Assembly (NCBI RefSeq): GCF_036321535.1
Contig: NC_087436.1
Coordinates: 27,096,001 to 27,160,000 of the forward strand
Length of the DNA: 64,000 nucleotides
Direction: 5' to 3'
Origin: Camelus dromedarius
Lineage: Eukaryota
Under the pieces are notes generated by a model. That model was not told the origin of the DNA. It made no database searches and worked only from the letters and a program-made list of their open reading frames with translations. This document shows, in pieces, positions 40,104 through 53,963 of this stretch. Each line of letters starts with the position of its first letter. Position 1 is the first letter of the stretch. A program made the position numbers and the translations under genes.

Positions 40104-41345
40104 TTTTCTTGTTTTGTGCCCACTTTTAATTCAGTTTTACATTTTTTATTTTTATTTTTTATTGAAGTATAGTCAGTTTACAATGTTGTGTCAATTGCTA
40201 GTGTAAGACATAATAGTTCAGTCATACATATAAATACATATAATCATTTTCACATTATTTTTCATTATAGATTACTACAAGATATTGAATATAGTTCCCT
40301 GTGCTATACAGTAGAAACTTGTTTATCTGTTTTATATATAGTAATTAGTATCTGCTAATCTCGAACTCCCAATTTATCCCTTCCCACCCTCTTCACCTCC
40401 TGGTAACTATAAGTTTGTTTTCTATGTCTGGAGTCTGTTTTGTAAATAAGTTCATTTGTCTTATTTTTAGATTCCACATGTAAGTGATATCATATGGTAT
40501 TTTTCTTTCTCTTTCTGGCTTACTTCACTTAAAATGACAATCTCCAGGTCCATCCATGTTGCTGCAAATGGCATTATTTTACTATTTTTTATGGCTGAGT
40601 AGTATTCCATTGTATAAATATATCATAACTTTTTTATCCAGTCATCTGTTGATGGAATCTTGGCTATTGTAAATCATGCTGTTATGAACATTGTATTGCA
40701 TGTATCTTTTCGAATTAAAGTTCCCTTTAGATATATGCCCAGAAGTGGGATTGCTGGATCATATGGTCAGTCTATTTTTAGGCTTTTGGGGAATCTCCAT
40801 ACTGTTTTCCATAGCAGCTGTACCAAACTACATTTCCACCAACAGCATAGGAGGGTTTCCTTTTCTCCCCACGATCTCCAGCATTTGTGGATTTTTGAAT
40901 GATGGCCATTATGACTGGTGGGAGGTGATACCTCATTGAAGTTTTGATTTTCATTTCTCTGATAATTAGTGATATTGAGCATTTTTTCATGTGCTTATTG
41001 ACCATTTTATGTCTTCATTGGAGAATTGCTTGTTTAGGTCTTCTGCCCATTTTTGGATTGAGTTGTTTGTTTTTCTTTCTTATTAAGTTGTGAGAGCTGT
41101 TTATATATTCTGGAAATTAAGTCCTTGTCAGTCTCATCTTTTGCAAATGTTTTCTCCCATTCTGTAGATTGTCTTTTTGTTTTACTTACGGTTTCCTTTG
41201 CTATGCAAAAGCTTATAAATTTAATTAGGTCCTATTTGTTTATTTTTGCTTTTATTGCTATTGTCTGGGTAGACTACCCTAGAGAACATTGCTAAGATTT
41301 ATGTCTGATGTTTTGCCTATGTTTTCTTCTAAGAGGGTTATAGTG
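40104..41345 (-). mobile_element. Younger 5'-truncated L1 with 15-bp TSD
   Basis: TGCCTTTCACCTTTT at 40089-40103 and 41346-41360; ORF2 peptides [23 protein letters not shown] and [18 protein letters not shown]. Confidence 0.93.
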
Positions 41346-41415
41346 TGCCTTTCACCTTTTGATGGTATCACTTGCAACATAGAAGTCTTTAATTTTGATA
41401 AAGTCCATTATGTAG

Positions 41416-41417
<2 letters not shown>

Positions 41418-41452
<35 letters not shown>
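41418..41452. repeat. (AC)n microsatellite
   Basis: Perfect AC run. Confidence 0.97.
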
Positions 41453-41455
<3 letters not shown>

Positions 41456-44400
41456 TATTATATTGCTTTTGCTTTTGGTGATTTTTCCAAGAAGACTTGC
41501 CTAAGGTTAAAAAGGTCTACTCCTATCTTTTGGCCTAGGATTTTCATAAATTTAACTCTTACATTTAGATCTATGATCCATTTGGGGTTATTTTTTTGTG
41601 CATGGTATAATTTAAAGGTCCAAATCCATTCTTTTGCATGTAGATATCCAGTTATTCCAGAATCATTTATGAAAAAGACTATTTTCCTCCACTGAAATAT
41701 CTTGGCACCTTGTTAGAAATCAATTGACTAAAAAAGTAAAGATTTATTTCTGGACTTTCAATTCTGTTAGATTAATCTATAGGCCTGTTCTTACACCACA
41801 CAACCTTAAATACTGCAGCTGTGTAGTAAGCTTGAAATCAGAAGTGTGAGGCTCTAATTTTGTTGTTCTTTTTCAAGATGGTTTTTACTCTTCTGGGTTC
41901 CTTACATTCTCATATTAACTTTAGGGTCAGCTACATGATTTCTGCAAAATTGGCAGATTATTTTGATAATGATATCATTGAATCTGTGGATAATTTGGGG
42001 TGTATTGCCATCTACTAACATTGTCTTTTAGCCATAAACATAGAATGTCTTTCTATTTATTTAGGTCTTCTTTAATTTCTTTCAATAATGTTTTCTATTT
42101 TTCAGTATAGTTTTGTACTCCTTCTGTTAAAGTTATTCCTAAATATTTTCTTTTTGATGCCACTGGAAATAGAATTGTTTTCTTAATTTATTTTTAGGTT
42201 TTCCATATATAAAATATATAAATACAATTTTTGTGTATTTATTATTTATCCTACAAGATACTTATCCTTCCTTAAAACCCATGATTTTACATATCCACAT
42301 CTGTACATCATATTCAAAGCTTATGCCTAAATTATTGTATGTATTACAGGTAGAATTTCTTTTTGTGTGTTTTCAATCAGTTAGCTGCTCCTAACTTACT
42401 TCTTATATAACAAGACTGATGTAATTGTATATGGAAATTAATGTTGAAATAGAAGTGTAAATGAAGAAATAGAAGAAGAAGGGAACTAGTTGACAACCTG
42501 AGGACAGGTCTTACAAATCTCAGTAATACATACTAGCTTCCCTCTTGTTCTTAGCATCAACTACTTCCTCTAATCATGGGATAGATGAGATAATAATAAT
42601 ACAAGTTAGTGCACAAGAATTTTTCAGTGCATAATATTTTTTAAAGGTTTAAATGATGATACACATCACACAGAAAGAAACAATAATAGTTATATTTTTT
42701 AAATATATTATGCCACACAATCTAAGAAAAAGTAAGAAATTAAATCTTTTATAGGAATCAACATTTCCTAAGTTAGCTCTCTTAACCTAAATTGTACATT
42801 CTCTCTAGGTGATTATCTTCTTTTAAACTCTATCACTAGTAATCATGACATTTGACCCCTAGATAAACATTAGGCTCATCTCAGGATATTCCTTCTATCT
42901 TTGAGTCTCTGTTACTCAGTATAAAGTCTAAAGAAGTTCAAATTAAATGATGCTTGATAGCTTTTGGTACTCTGACAGCTTATTTTTGTCCCCTTCGATG
43001 TCTACTTATTTTTGGTACAGAGCAGGAAAGAAAAGTTTGAGAGCAGGCCTATGCACAGTTACTCCCTAGCCAGGAGTTTTTGGGGAATGAATGCTCTTGA
43101 TCAGACATCCATCCCTCAACACACAGTAAGTAATGGTATTTACAAAAAAGCGTGAGCATGCGTATAATATGTTTTTCTTTTAATCAGTTTATACAGGCAT
43201 CTATTTAGATTGTTTGTGGAAAACAAACCTGAAATTTGTGGATTTATGAAGTATGTAGAATAGGGATGGTCACATAGGCTGTGTAATTAGTGGAGAATAA
43301 AATGAAGATATTGCAAGACCAAAATATCTCCCTTCTATATCAGTGTTTTTACATACATAATTTAAAAACTTGTCTGCTTTTCCCCAAAGTAAAAAAAAAA
43401 AAAAAATGCAGAGGAAAAAGACAGCTTTTTAAGGGAGGTTCAGCAGACTATTTTGGGGTTTCTCCGGGAAAAACGTGGCACATATGTTCATGATACATGC
43501 CTGCCACTTTTAAATTACTAGTAAAACTTGATGTAGGTAAGATATATAATTTTCCTGAGTTAACTTTAACAATTTGACTCTTTCTGTCAACATGCAGGGA
43601 TACATTGTCCATTGTTCACATTTCTTTGAGTTAGTGTTTCTTTGAGTCAGCTGTAAAACTCATATATAGCCTCTCTTAGGATAAAGATAGTCTCAATGAT
43701 ACTCTAAATCCAGTGAGGCAAAAAGAAAGAATAGAGTCTTAGAGACACATGACTTAATACATGTATACAATTATCCACTTACCTGGGAAATCCTAGCACT
43801 CAATGATGATAGACATCAGCAGTAGTAGTGGTGGTGGAAATGGTAAATATATCTTTGTTATATTAAGGACAGATTCCAAATTTCAAAAATTGGCCTAGAG
43901 ACAGGCCTGGGGATCATCATTAGTCTACTATAACCTGTGGTGCCTCAGATGATAGCTGCTGGTGAACCGAATTAACACCTCTTCTTTTTCACTTACATCA
44001 TAGGCATGGAATGATTTTAACTTAATGAGGTATTCTAGTTCAGTGATATCTTAATTAGTGTATACATTTGCATTTTATTAAACAGGAAAATTCAATCTGA
44101 AAACCTGTACACTAATAAGTGCATTTTAATTGTTGAAAATACAGGATTACTAGCCAGAGAAAAAGAGTATCACCTTCTAGATATATTCATGACAGGACAA
44201 TTTTCAGAATTGAAGGGGTGTGTCAGACACTGATAAATAACAGTTAGCATCCATAAAAATTCTGAACATACCATCAGGCACTAATATCCTGCCCACATTT
44301 TTTGCTGATTTCTGTGCATTCCTTCATGCAATGTAAAATTCTATAAACATTTGGACTGACTGGGCAACATTTATACAAATAACAAAATTAATTCAAATAC

Positions 44401-45884
44401 CCAGAAAGTTTAGGGGGAAGAAAACCAATTATTCATTTGTGTCTAGCCTTCTGACAACTCCTTTTAATAGATAATAGAGTTTTTTAAATTAGTAATATGA
44501 CAACATAAACATCTTTCACACAAGCCATTCTTTTGTTAACTGTATTCTTTTATCTACTACATACATAGTTTTAAAAGAAACATTTGTAGAAGTGGATATA
44601 TTTAAAAGACACTTAGAATTATCTAGGTATATGGGTAGATATAAAAACTCAACCAGAGTTGTGATACATTATTATCAGAAATCCTTGTAAAAATTTATAT
44701 GCCTTCCAAGAGGTAGTTTAATAGAAATTCAGGTATTTTCTCAACGAGTTATGTCCATTAATCTAGTTAATAGAAATTTCAGATTTTTTCCCAGATATTT
44801 AATGTAAAAACCAGATATTTACTCACTAAGAATTTCATATTTTTTTCACTTAGCATTACAATAATTTATGTATATTGCTTTATTTCCCAGAAAGTCATCA
44901 TTAATCCAGCCACAGATTTTCAGAGTACTTCTAAAGTAGTACATTTTAAATATAAATGAAAGAGAATTCTTTAAAAGGTATAACAGACATTTCTGATGAA
45001 AATATCTGCTAAAATGAATCACATTTTTCACACTTACTAACTCCACAAGTTAAAGATAGACACAAATTAGAAATTTCAACTATTTTCATTCCACCACAAA
45101 AATTCCTTAATGCATAAAATAAAAATGAAAAGTATTTTAACTTCCCATGGGAATATATCTCTCAAATCATCCATTTTGGAGTCAGAGCTCAACACTTACA
45201 CTCCCACTGAGAGGTTAAAATACCTTTTTGTATATATATTGCAAGGAAAGTTTGTAAGAAAGTTTGAATTTTAGCAATTTCCAACTTTTCAGTTGTTTCT
45301 TTATTAACTTTACTACAGAAGTCTTCTCTAATTATATCTGTAGATAACTTCTTTAAGCTCAAATATCCCATTTATGAAATTGAGCTGATTCTACACAACT
45401 CACATAATTTAACAAAATTAACTAGGACTATTAGTCACTGTACATAATTTAGTTTTAAGCAGGGTATCATTCATGTAATTAAGCTAGCCCAGAATTTGTC
45501 ATATAGATGATGATCAAAAAAGGTCAATTGCTTCTTTCAACATATGATCAAACAAGTTACTCATGCTGGTGGTCTATACAGCAGATCCAGCAACATTCTC
45601 AATCTCAGCCCACATAACACTGTTGAGCAAGATGATCAGGGGAAAAAGTTACACTATCATAATTGGAATTAATATAAAATTATTGTGATTTTTATTAAAG
45701 AATATATGAATCAATTAAAATATTTTAATAACATTTTATAAAATTATATTCACTGTGTTATTAGTGAAATTTGCAAAGTAGGCCTTTTAGAAACATAAAA
45801 AATAAACTAAACTGGCTAGATCCACTTATCTATTCACCTATATACCTACCAAACTAACTAAATAAAATCTGTTGAGAATGAGTA

Positions 45885-46220
45885 TTAGTAACAGCTAGCA
45901 GTGCTTCTAACATGCCAAGTGCTCCTCAACAGTGCTTTACATTCAACACTTACTTTCGCCCAGTGAGATAGTTACTATTAGGATCCTTATTTTCTATAAA
46001 AAGGAAATTGAAGTAGGGAGAGGGTAAATCCCTTCTACAAAATCACATATATAAAGAAAAATATCACATATATAAACAAAAATTGAGCTAATTAATAGTA
46101 AGATCCCAATTTTGTATAAGAAATTAAAGCAAAGAGAGGGTAAATGTATTCCCTCAAATCACATATGTAACAGCCAAGGTTTGAATCCAGGGCTACTCTT
46201 CCTCAAGGGTAGGGTTTTAA
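45885..46220. mobile_element. MIR remnant with duplicated core
   Basis: Two copies of GATCC..ATTTT.TATAA..GAAATT.AAG...GAGAGGGTAAAT...CAAA(A)TCACATAT followed by GCCAAGGTTTGAATCCAGGG. Confidence 0.65.
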
Positions 46221-47809
46221 CCATCACACAGTACTGCTTCTGCATGAAATCTGCATGAAGTATTCCTTATTTCAGTAATATAATTATTCTATGCAGTATC
46301 ACCTTTTACTGATTGCTTATTACTCATGATAACATTCTTTTCTAAACTTGATTCCCCACAACTTATCTGTCCCAAGTCCCATTTTATTAAATTTCTTTTG
46401 ATCCATCATAATGGATTGGAGAAAGGGTAGCCAAATCAACTGAACTTTAGAAAATTAATCTTCTAATTACAAAGAAAAGTTCTCCATCAAATTCCGTAGT
46501 GTCTAATATAGGTTATTTCAAGCAATATGGCAGGCTTGAGTCAGGTGATCTAAAGTCTCTTTAAAACATGCCATGTAAGTCTCTAAAGAATATTAACAGG
46601 TTATGAAAGTTATATGTTCACACATTCTAGGGAGGACAGGGTGATTAGCTGTGTTTATTTGTTGATAGCTGAAGAACAAAGAACAATAAAATGTATTTAA
46701 TGCTATTCTAAGGAAAACATAACTCCAGAAATTTTAATAGGAACAATGGGTATTGTTTTCTCTAAACAGAAAATTAAACTTCACCGTAGCATTGTGCTTG
46801 TCTGGGAATTTGTGTACCACATGTGGTCATTTCTACAATAAATGAAAAGAATAGAAAAAGCATAGAATTTGGCACATAATAAACATTCAATATTTGTTAG
46901 CTACAATGATATTGATGATGTACACAAAAATTTGAATCTGCTTTGGAAGTGTCTAAATTGTTCTAAGTAATGCACTAAGTCTGTAGAGAAATTTTGGAAA
47001 AGATCATGATGTTTGTGCTGGGTTATAGTTTTCTTCAGAATTGAAAGTCACATTTTGTCTTGCCTTAGAAACTTTGCTACAGGTGTGTCCTGGTAGCTGA
47101 GTTTTATATAGAATAAATATAATGATCCCTCTTTATTCTGGTATATTTTCTATCTGCAATAAGTTGAACAAATGCATTTATATGAAGGACTTTTAATCAG
47201 AAAACAAATCATCAGTCCTTCCTCATCTTTGTATATAGAATATTTAAATGCATCAAGTTGCTCTGTGCCCGATGACTTTCATTATGTTGGTATGTTCTAT
47301 CGTAACAACAGCTTTACACTATGTTGACTCCTATTTTTTTTTTTATATTAACAAATGGGACTTTGGGATTAACGAACTATTGATTTATAGCATTTATAAT
47401 TGTTTATTGAAACTCACTCTTAGGCTTTAAGAACGATGAGGAAGAGCATAAAGTCTGTTTGTAAATTTTCCCAGAAACTTTCATAGTGTTTTTCACCAGG
47501 AAGCCTAAAAATATTTATATATTGAACAAACGGATGAAAGTCACATAATAACTTTCAAGATACAAACCCAAGTCTATGCTCATTCTGGCAATGACTGGAA
47601 GTGTAACTTTTATGTGCATGAGATGAAATTAAATTGAAAACATGCAATGGGAATGGATATTTTTCACTATTTTGATCAGTGAAATGATAAGCTGATACTA
47701 TTCACCCCACAACTGTGAGCTTCCCTACAAAATTATAGCTGCCAGCTTAAAACTTAATACCACTATCTCTACATGCCATCACTCTCTTTCTCTTCTTCTT
47801 ACAACAGCA

Positions 47810-48150
47810 AGTTAGATTTCCAGAGAACAAGTTCTGAGATTCTGAGATTTTTGTTCTGAAGGTTAATTGAATTGTTCCCTAAGGAAAAAACCAAAATCTG
47901 AAGGTTGAAGGAAGCAACCAGAAGGAGAAATTGAACTGTGATACAGTTGCAACTAAAAAGGAGCTCTGGCCCAGTTGGGATGGTTCTGCAGGGTGGCCTC
48001 AGTTGTGAACATGGTTCTATGGGTTTTTATAATCTACCATCTACTGATCATTTGCTGTGGGCTGCCTCCAAAGAGGGAAGCAGGACCTTTGGAGAGGTGG
48101 CTGACTCTCTTAGGCTGAAGATAATTGCTGGAGAGGGACTTAACTGAAAA
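47810..48150. mobile_element. Old ERVL LTR fragment (LTR16-like)
   Basis: AGAAGGAGAAATTGAACTGTGATACAGTTGCAAC...GGAGCTCTGG...GGGATGG resembles the LTR16 family. Confidence 0.5.
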
Positions 48151-48754
48151 TGAAGTCTGTGTGCCTTAACACAGCGTACACGAGGAGTTTTAGCAACCTG
48201 TTAAATGACAAATGGTGTTGATTGCATCAGCAAGTCCAGTGGAAGTCATGTGAAGTCTTAGGGCACTGACAGATGTTACTATTTCTGGGCACTTCTTATA
48301 AGAAGTGCTGGATGCTATCAAAAAAATGCCTCCTCATCTTATTATGGGAAACAGAGTTTACATAACTGCCTGGGAGCAGGATATCATATGTATATGATAA
48401 TCATTCAAGGTGGTGCTAGAAGAACTCCTGGAAACATTTTTCAGCATTGTGTCTAGAAGTTGATAAAGGAATTATCGTCACTGGAATGATATCTGAGTGC
48501 TCTGTTGATGATGACTCTAGACTTAGCTCCAGGGCATGGCCATTTGTGTTATTTTCTTTGCTTCAAGGTCCCTGATTTCCATCTCTGGAAATAAGAACCC
48601 AACATTTCTTTCCCTGTAGTCTATTTCAATTAGAACCTTTCTACATACAATCTCATAATACTTATTATTGCTATTAATAATACTAGTAATGAGTGAAAGA
48701 GTCAACAGTATGTGACTGGAAATTTTCTAAGGGATTTTCATGTAATAGAGTATA

Positions 48755-49205
48755 TTAATTGGGGCCAAGCTAAGCTATTAAAACAAAAGAACTCAAATTA
48801 TAGTAGCATAAAGACAATGAGTTTACTTTTCTCTTGTGTAACAGTCACAGTATGAGTGTTCCCCCTCTCAGGAACATTTCTGATATTCATGATTATTCAG
48901 AAATTCAGCTTCCTTTGAAGCCATTGTTCCACCACCATTGAGAGAATTGCCATCCTCTGCATGATGGAGGCTTCATTGCCACTCTCTCGTGACAACTGGA
49001 GGACGTGTGGGTGGAGGATTTACTCCTGATGTCTCCATTCCCAGACTGGAAATGGCACCTATCACTTCTGCACAAATTCCGTAGGTAGTTACTTGCTTAT
49101 AAGTAACTGCAAAGGAAGCTGGTGTGAGCCGACTGACTTGGCAGAAATGTGTCTGGCCATAATTGTCATGAAAGAAAGAAAACCAGTTTGGGTGGAAAGC
49201 TAGCA
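48755..49205 (-). mobile_element. Old MaLR LTR (MLT1J/K-like)
   Basis: CTGGAAATGGCACCTATCACTTCTGCACAAATTCC...TAACTGCAAAGGAAGCTGG. Confidence 0.6.
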
Positions 49206-52200
49206 GCTCCATTGGCAAATTCACTAGTGGCTTTTCCAATTCCATTACCTGTCATTTTTCTTCCCTTTTCCCAGGCTCAAAATAAAAGTTTTCTAGTCTC
49301 TGAGGGAAACCACACTCTCTTCAAATGATAATTATCACAAATACTTTTCTATGGATCCTGTCCTTTGTCTTCCTATTGTGAGGAGAGTATTTGGAAACCA
49401 AAATCAGACTTCTGTCTTTTATGTTTTATGTCCTGTGACCTCTTTTATTCTGAATCAGTGTCCTTAGTGCCAGCTTTCTAAATTAAAGGGAGAGTAGTAA
49501 GGATAAAAAACCTAAGAGACAAAAATACACAAAAGTTAGTGCTACAAAAGTATTGTCCTGCTATAAAACCCCATGAGTTCCCAATATTAGAGAGGTTGTC
49601 CAGTCAACCAGTGACTTTAACCAATAGTGCAGAAAGAGAAGGAAATGATGGGAGAGGGGCTGCCACCAGTAATCATCAAACTACTTCTCTGCAACCCAAG
49701 AAAACTGAGTGTCTCGCGTTATGACTCCTACTTCTTTCTTTTTTATTAATTTATCTTTGGCTCGACTGTGCTTACATAGATGGAGTCCTCTTTAATATAA
49801 CATCAAATTCATAATTCATAAAGAGAATTAACTTTGCATAGGTCTGTGTTCTATGACTAGAAAAATATTAATTAAGACATTCTTAGCACTCTGTGTGAGT
49901 TTGTTTCAATGATTGAAAGCATTCGAGTTCAATAATAGGAGAGATCTTGGGGATCTTTCAGCTAAGCTTCATTTTAAACATTGGACCAAATTGTTAAATA
50001 GCTTGCACAATTTCACGTACGTAGCGTATTTTCTTCAGGTCAGGACTGAAGCTTGGTCTAGTGACTCATTCTAATATTCATCCTAGTACACCTCACTGCC
50101 TTTCCATTCTCTTCCTCTCTTCTTTTTCAATATAATTATCCTTGTCACCACTTTCTAGCCATCTGACATTTTAATTAACTTTTCTAACATCAGAATCTAG
50201 AAGCTGATAAGCATTCCATTTTTTTTTTTTTTGTAATTCAGTCTGTTTTAAAGTGGCATTTTCTAAAGTATGTTCAGCTCAACTCTAGCCTTGTAGAAAT
50301 GTTCCCAGTAAAATACATTTCTGGGAAATTGGTTCAAGAAATGTTGTGCATTATGACTTCTCTGAGATGCATAATATGCAATAGTGCAATAAATGCTCTT
50401 TGAAATAAACCTCTGAAATAGGAAATGATTTAACTTTGCTTAAACAATTATTTTTTTCAAATTTGTGTATATAGTCTCTTTCCCTTATCTGCCTATATCA
50501 CTCAACTGCTTTGTATACTATTTTGGAGAGTTGCCTCTGAGTTATATCCCATTACTCTTAGGAAGTTTCTCAGATTGGAGGAATGATCAGTTTGGAAATA
50601 GTGTTTCATACACTGAGACTTCCAGATAAAGTCTGTTGTCAGAATTTAAGAAGTCTGGTCAAGATACTGATCATTGATTTAGTAAAAATTTTTATGATCT
50701 CTGACAACTACTTAATCAAAATATCTGGGTTTAGGCCCAGTAATTTTTTTTTTCAAGCTCCTGAGATGATAGTGATTAAGATGTACAGAGGAATGATACT
50801 TGGCAATACAGAATTTTCTCTATTTTAATTAGAAATACATTTTTAACCAATACTTCATGTGACTATATGTCTAATTCACAATAATTTTAATATGAATTAT
50901 GATTCTTTTCAATATAAAGTTCTAAACAAATAATCAGTTATTAGCATATCTATGTCTGTTTATAGGAGACAGAAAAAAGATTTTGTTGTTGTATTTCTTA
51001 CATAGATAAAAATAATATTTTATTTTTATTCAACATTGAATTTTTTTTTATGCCATTTTAACACACTACTATAAAAATGCAAACACGATTTCCCTGACTC
51101 ATATTTGTTATGTTTGGATACATTTTCTTAACATGGTCCTTCCACGATCTGATGAGTGTCTCCCTCCCTAACTCTTTCTTTTGTCCCATCCTTCTTTAAT
51201 GTCAGCACTTCAGTAACGTGGTTTTTTTTTTTTTCAGTTTTTCTAAAGTTTCTTCAGTTCTTTCTCTTTTATTTGACTTCAGTCCTTACCCTTAATTGAA
51301 CAAGTAGTAACAATGAGTTAAATCTACATATTTTATATGATACACCAAAAATATATATCAACATACATACTTAGAGATAAACAACAAAGCAAAAATGAAA
51401 TAACTTGTATGTAAATATAATTTCTTTTAAAATTTAGCATATTTATGCATCGATTGATAACAATGTTAAAAGTTTATGTGATATTTGAATAAAGCAGGCT
51501 TTGGTATTCAGTTTTTAATGTCTTAAAGCTGGGAATATTTTAATGTGATTTTGTATTTTCCTTCAGGCATCTTCTGTTGGTTTATCTGCTCATGTTGAAA
51601 AGTGGATTTGAAATAAGAAATGTTGCCACAGCATATGCTCAAGATTTCAACCACATGTATCTTTATTTTCCCTTAAAGCATCTATCGTATAAATAAAATC
51701 TGTGATAAAGCTAGAAAAAAGATTAAATAAACAATGAACATTGAGATTTTGTTGTTTGCATTTGGAAATGTTATTTAGATCAAATAGATCAAATAGAATT
51801 AATACTTTTCATCTTTCAAATCAAATTAAGGCTGAAAAACTGTGATGCTAGTGATTACCTTCCTCTATGTGTTTCTAGATAAAAGTTGTTTTATGAGGCA
51901 TATTTGCATACTTACCATATCTTTTAAGGAATATGTTAAGGTTAACTTATCTAAAACTTGTCCAATGTGTGATATCTTAGAAAATTTTAAAGGGCAACAA
52001 AGTTAATGAAAAATATTTCATTTATTCAAATGTCACTTCAGAGTGCATACAATATCTGAAATTATGAAACTGGTTTACTAAGAATCTGTAGCTGAAGATG
52101 CTTTAAAATTAAAGGATGATTTGAGTAAAGCTTCAAGCACAAACATTAAATTACCTGAGCAGCTTTTGTCCACCATCATTTTCAATTTAAGAAAGAAACC

Positions 52201-52962
52201 TGTCATTGAGGACTCATAACCCTATCATTCAATCATCTCCTCATCTGTAATAACCTCAGGAGTGAAATCAAATGTCAGTTACAGAGTTAGGCACAATTCA
52301 AAAGATATTTCTCTTGAAAACAGCATAGAAACTCTTACCAAGACCATTTTTGACAGAGGCTTAATTATGATTCAAATTTTTCTGTTATGTTTCAAATTAA
52401 AAATGGTTCTCAATTTCACTTTCCTCATCAAAATAATTTCTTCTTACCCCTCCATCTAAACACTTCTTTACAACCTATAGGAGGCAGCTCATTGTTACCT
52501 CCTAGTATCTTTATCTATTTCAGCCCTTTTCGACTCACTGTCCTCTTAATTCTTATAGCACAGTAGCTCATGTTGCATACAAAGTACATTCAGCTCTTAA
52601 AACTTTCCTTTGTTTCATGTTCTTTGTCTTCTATCTCCAATTATTGAGGAGGAATTTTAATGACAGCAATTGTGTCTCTGATCCTTCTCCAATCCTAAAG
52701 CTATCTAATAGAATTAAATAAGTGGCAGACACCTAGCATGATGACTGGGAGAGTAATTTGAAAAACACTTTTATGGGGAACATCTGAAAAATAACTATTG
52801 GTTGCAATAAACCTAGTTGCCTTTTATATGCTTGAAAATTCAAGGTGATTTTTTTCATCCTTTTTCTACTTTTGTAACTATCAATTTTTCTATTTACCTT
52901 TATCTTGCCTATGGCATCCCTGCAATTTAGACTGATATGTATCCATTTGATCAAGGCTAATA

Positions 52963-53028
52963 TATACTTCAAATTGGGTAAATCTGTCAATGGGTTTATA
53001 CTTCAAATTGGGTAAATCTATCAATGGG
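52963..53028. repeat. Tandem duplication, 34-bp period, 2 copies
   Basis: TATACTTCAAATTGGGTAAATCT(G/A)TCAATGGG at 52963-52994 and 52997-53028. Confidence 0.95.
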
Positions 53029-53094
53029 ACATATTTATGTTATCCATGTTATGAAGCGAAAGTAAATGATACAAAAAACAGCCATTGTTATTAT

Positions 53095-53135
53095 CTTTTT
53101 TAACATTTTTTATTGATTTATAATCATTTTGCAAT
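53095..53135 (-). mobile_element. Extremely 5'-truncated L1 3' terminus
   Basis: TTTTTTAACATTTTTTATTGATTTATAATCATTTTGCAAT flanked by CATTGTTATTAT / CATTATTATTAT. Confidence 0.72.
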
Positions 53136-53963
53136 CATTATTATTATTTTAATCACTCTTTTTGCGTTGTGCTCTTTTCTCCCAAATGACTTCATGTATT
53201 AATATATTATGCCAGTCAGGCTGTATTTGTTAAGAAGTAGATAATTAACTCTCTTTTAGTATTGTTATCACTCTGAACTAATGTAAATTTAGACCAGTGC
53301 AAAATAATGTGGTATTTAAGTAGCATCCACTTGATTAAATATGTCTGTTAAGGTCAATAAAATGGTGCATGTAGTTCATTTATTTTTGTGATTTCTGGGA
53401 ATTCTGTGACCATAGAGTCAGCAATCACTGTGGAGCCTTCATAGGAGTTTTTTGTTCTCTTTGGTTTGTTTTGAATATATGCTGTGATTTAATTTAGCTA
53501 CCTTTGATAGTTACAACCTGGAAATATACTTCACAATCTTGATTTAATTTCAAATAAACAAATATATGTGTATCTGTATTTTCAGGGAGTGAGCAGGAAA
53601 AAAAGATTCAAACTTGAATAGTTGCAAATGAAATTGGTTTCTATTTCCTAGGAGTTTTATAAGTAATAGTCTTAGCTGTATATAATAAACCAGATGCTTC
53701 TGAGAAGGAGTGTTATTTTTTGGAAATAAGTGATTGGGGAGGCATCTCTTAGGTCACTAGAGTACTTTTTCATGCAATATAATAATAATACTAAATGAGT
53801 GTACTCTCCTGAAGGGTGGATGTGATTTCTTAAACATTGAACTTTCTATGGTATCCATTATATATATATATGTAAGCTGGGTAGTTGTTTCCTACTATGA
53901 TTTGAAGGTTTCAAATAAATATATAACTCTATGTTTTATGTAGGTCACATGCTATTGATAGTA

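Larger units (their letters stand above)
39180..42255 (-). mobile_element. Old L1 (L1MB-like) interrupted by a younger L1
   Basis: 3' end CTTTACTGAGATATAATTTATATAAC...; ORF2 antisense motifs continue across 40103/41361 to ~42255. Confidence 0.85.

Noticed and set aside
51540..51620. Splice-acceptor-like TTTTCCTTCAG (a similar one at ~53586) as possible host exons
   Set aside because: No convincing donor or coding frame follows; such motifs are common in AT-rich DNA. Small or non-coding exons cannot be excluded without alignment or RNA-seq.
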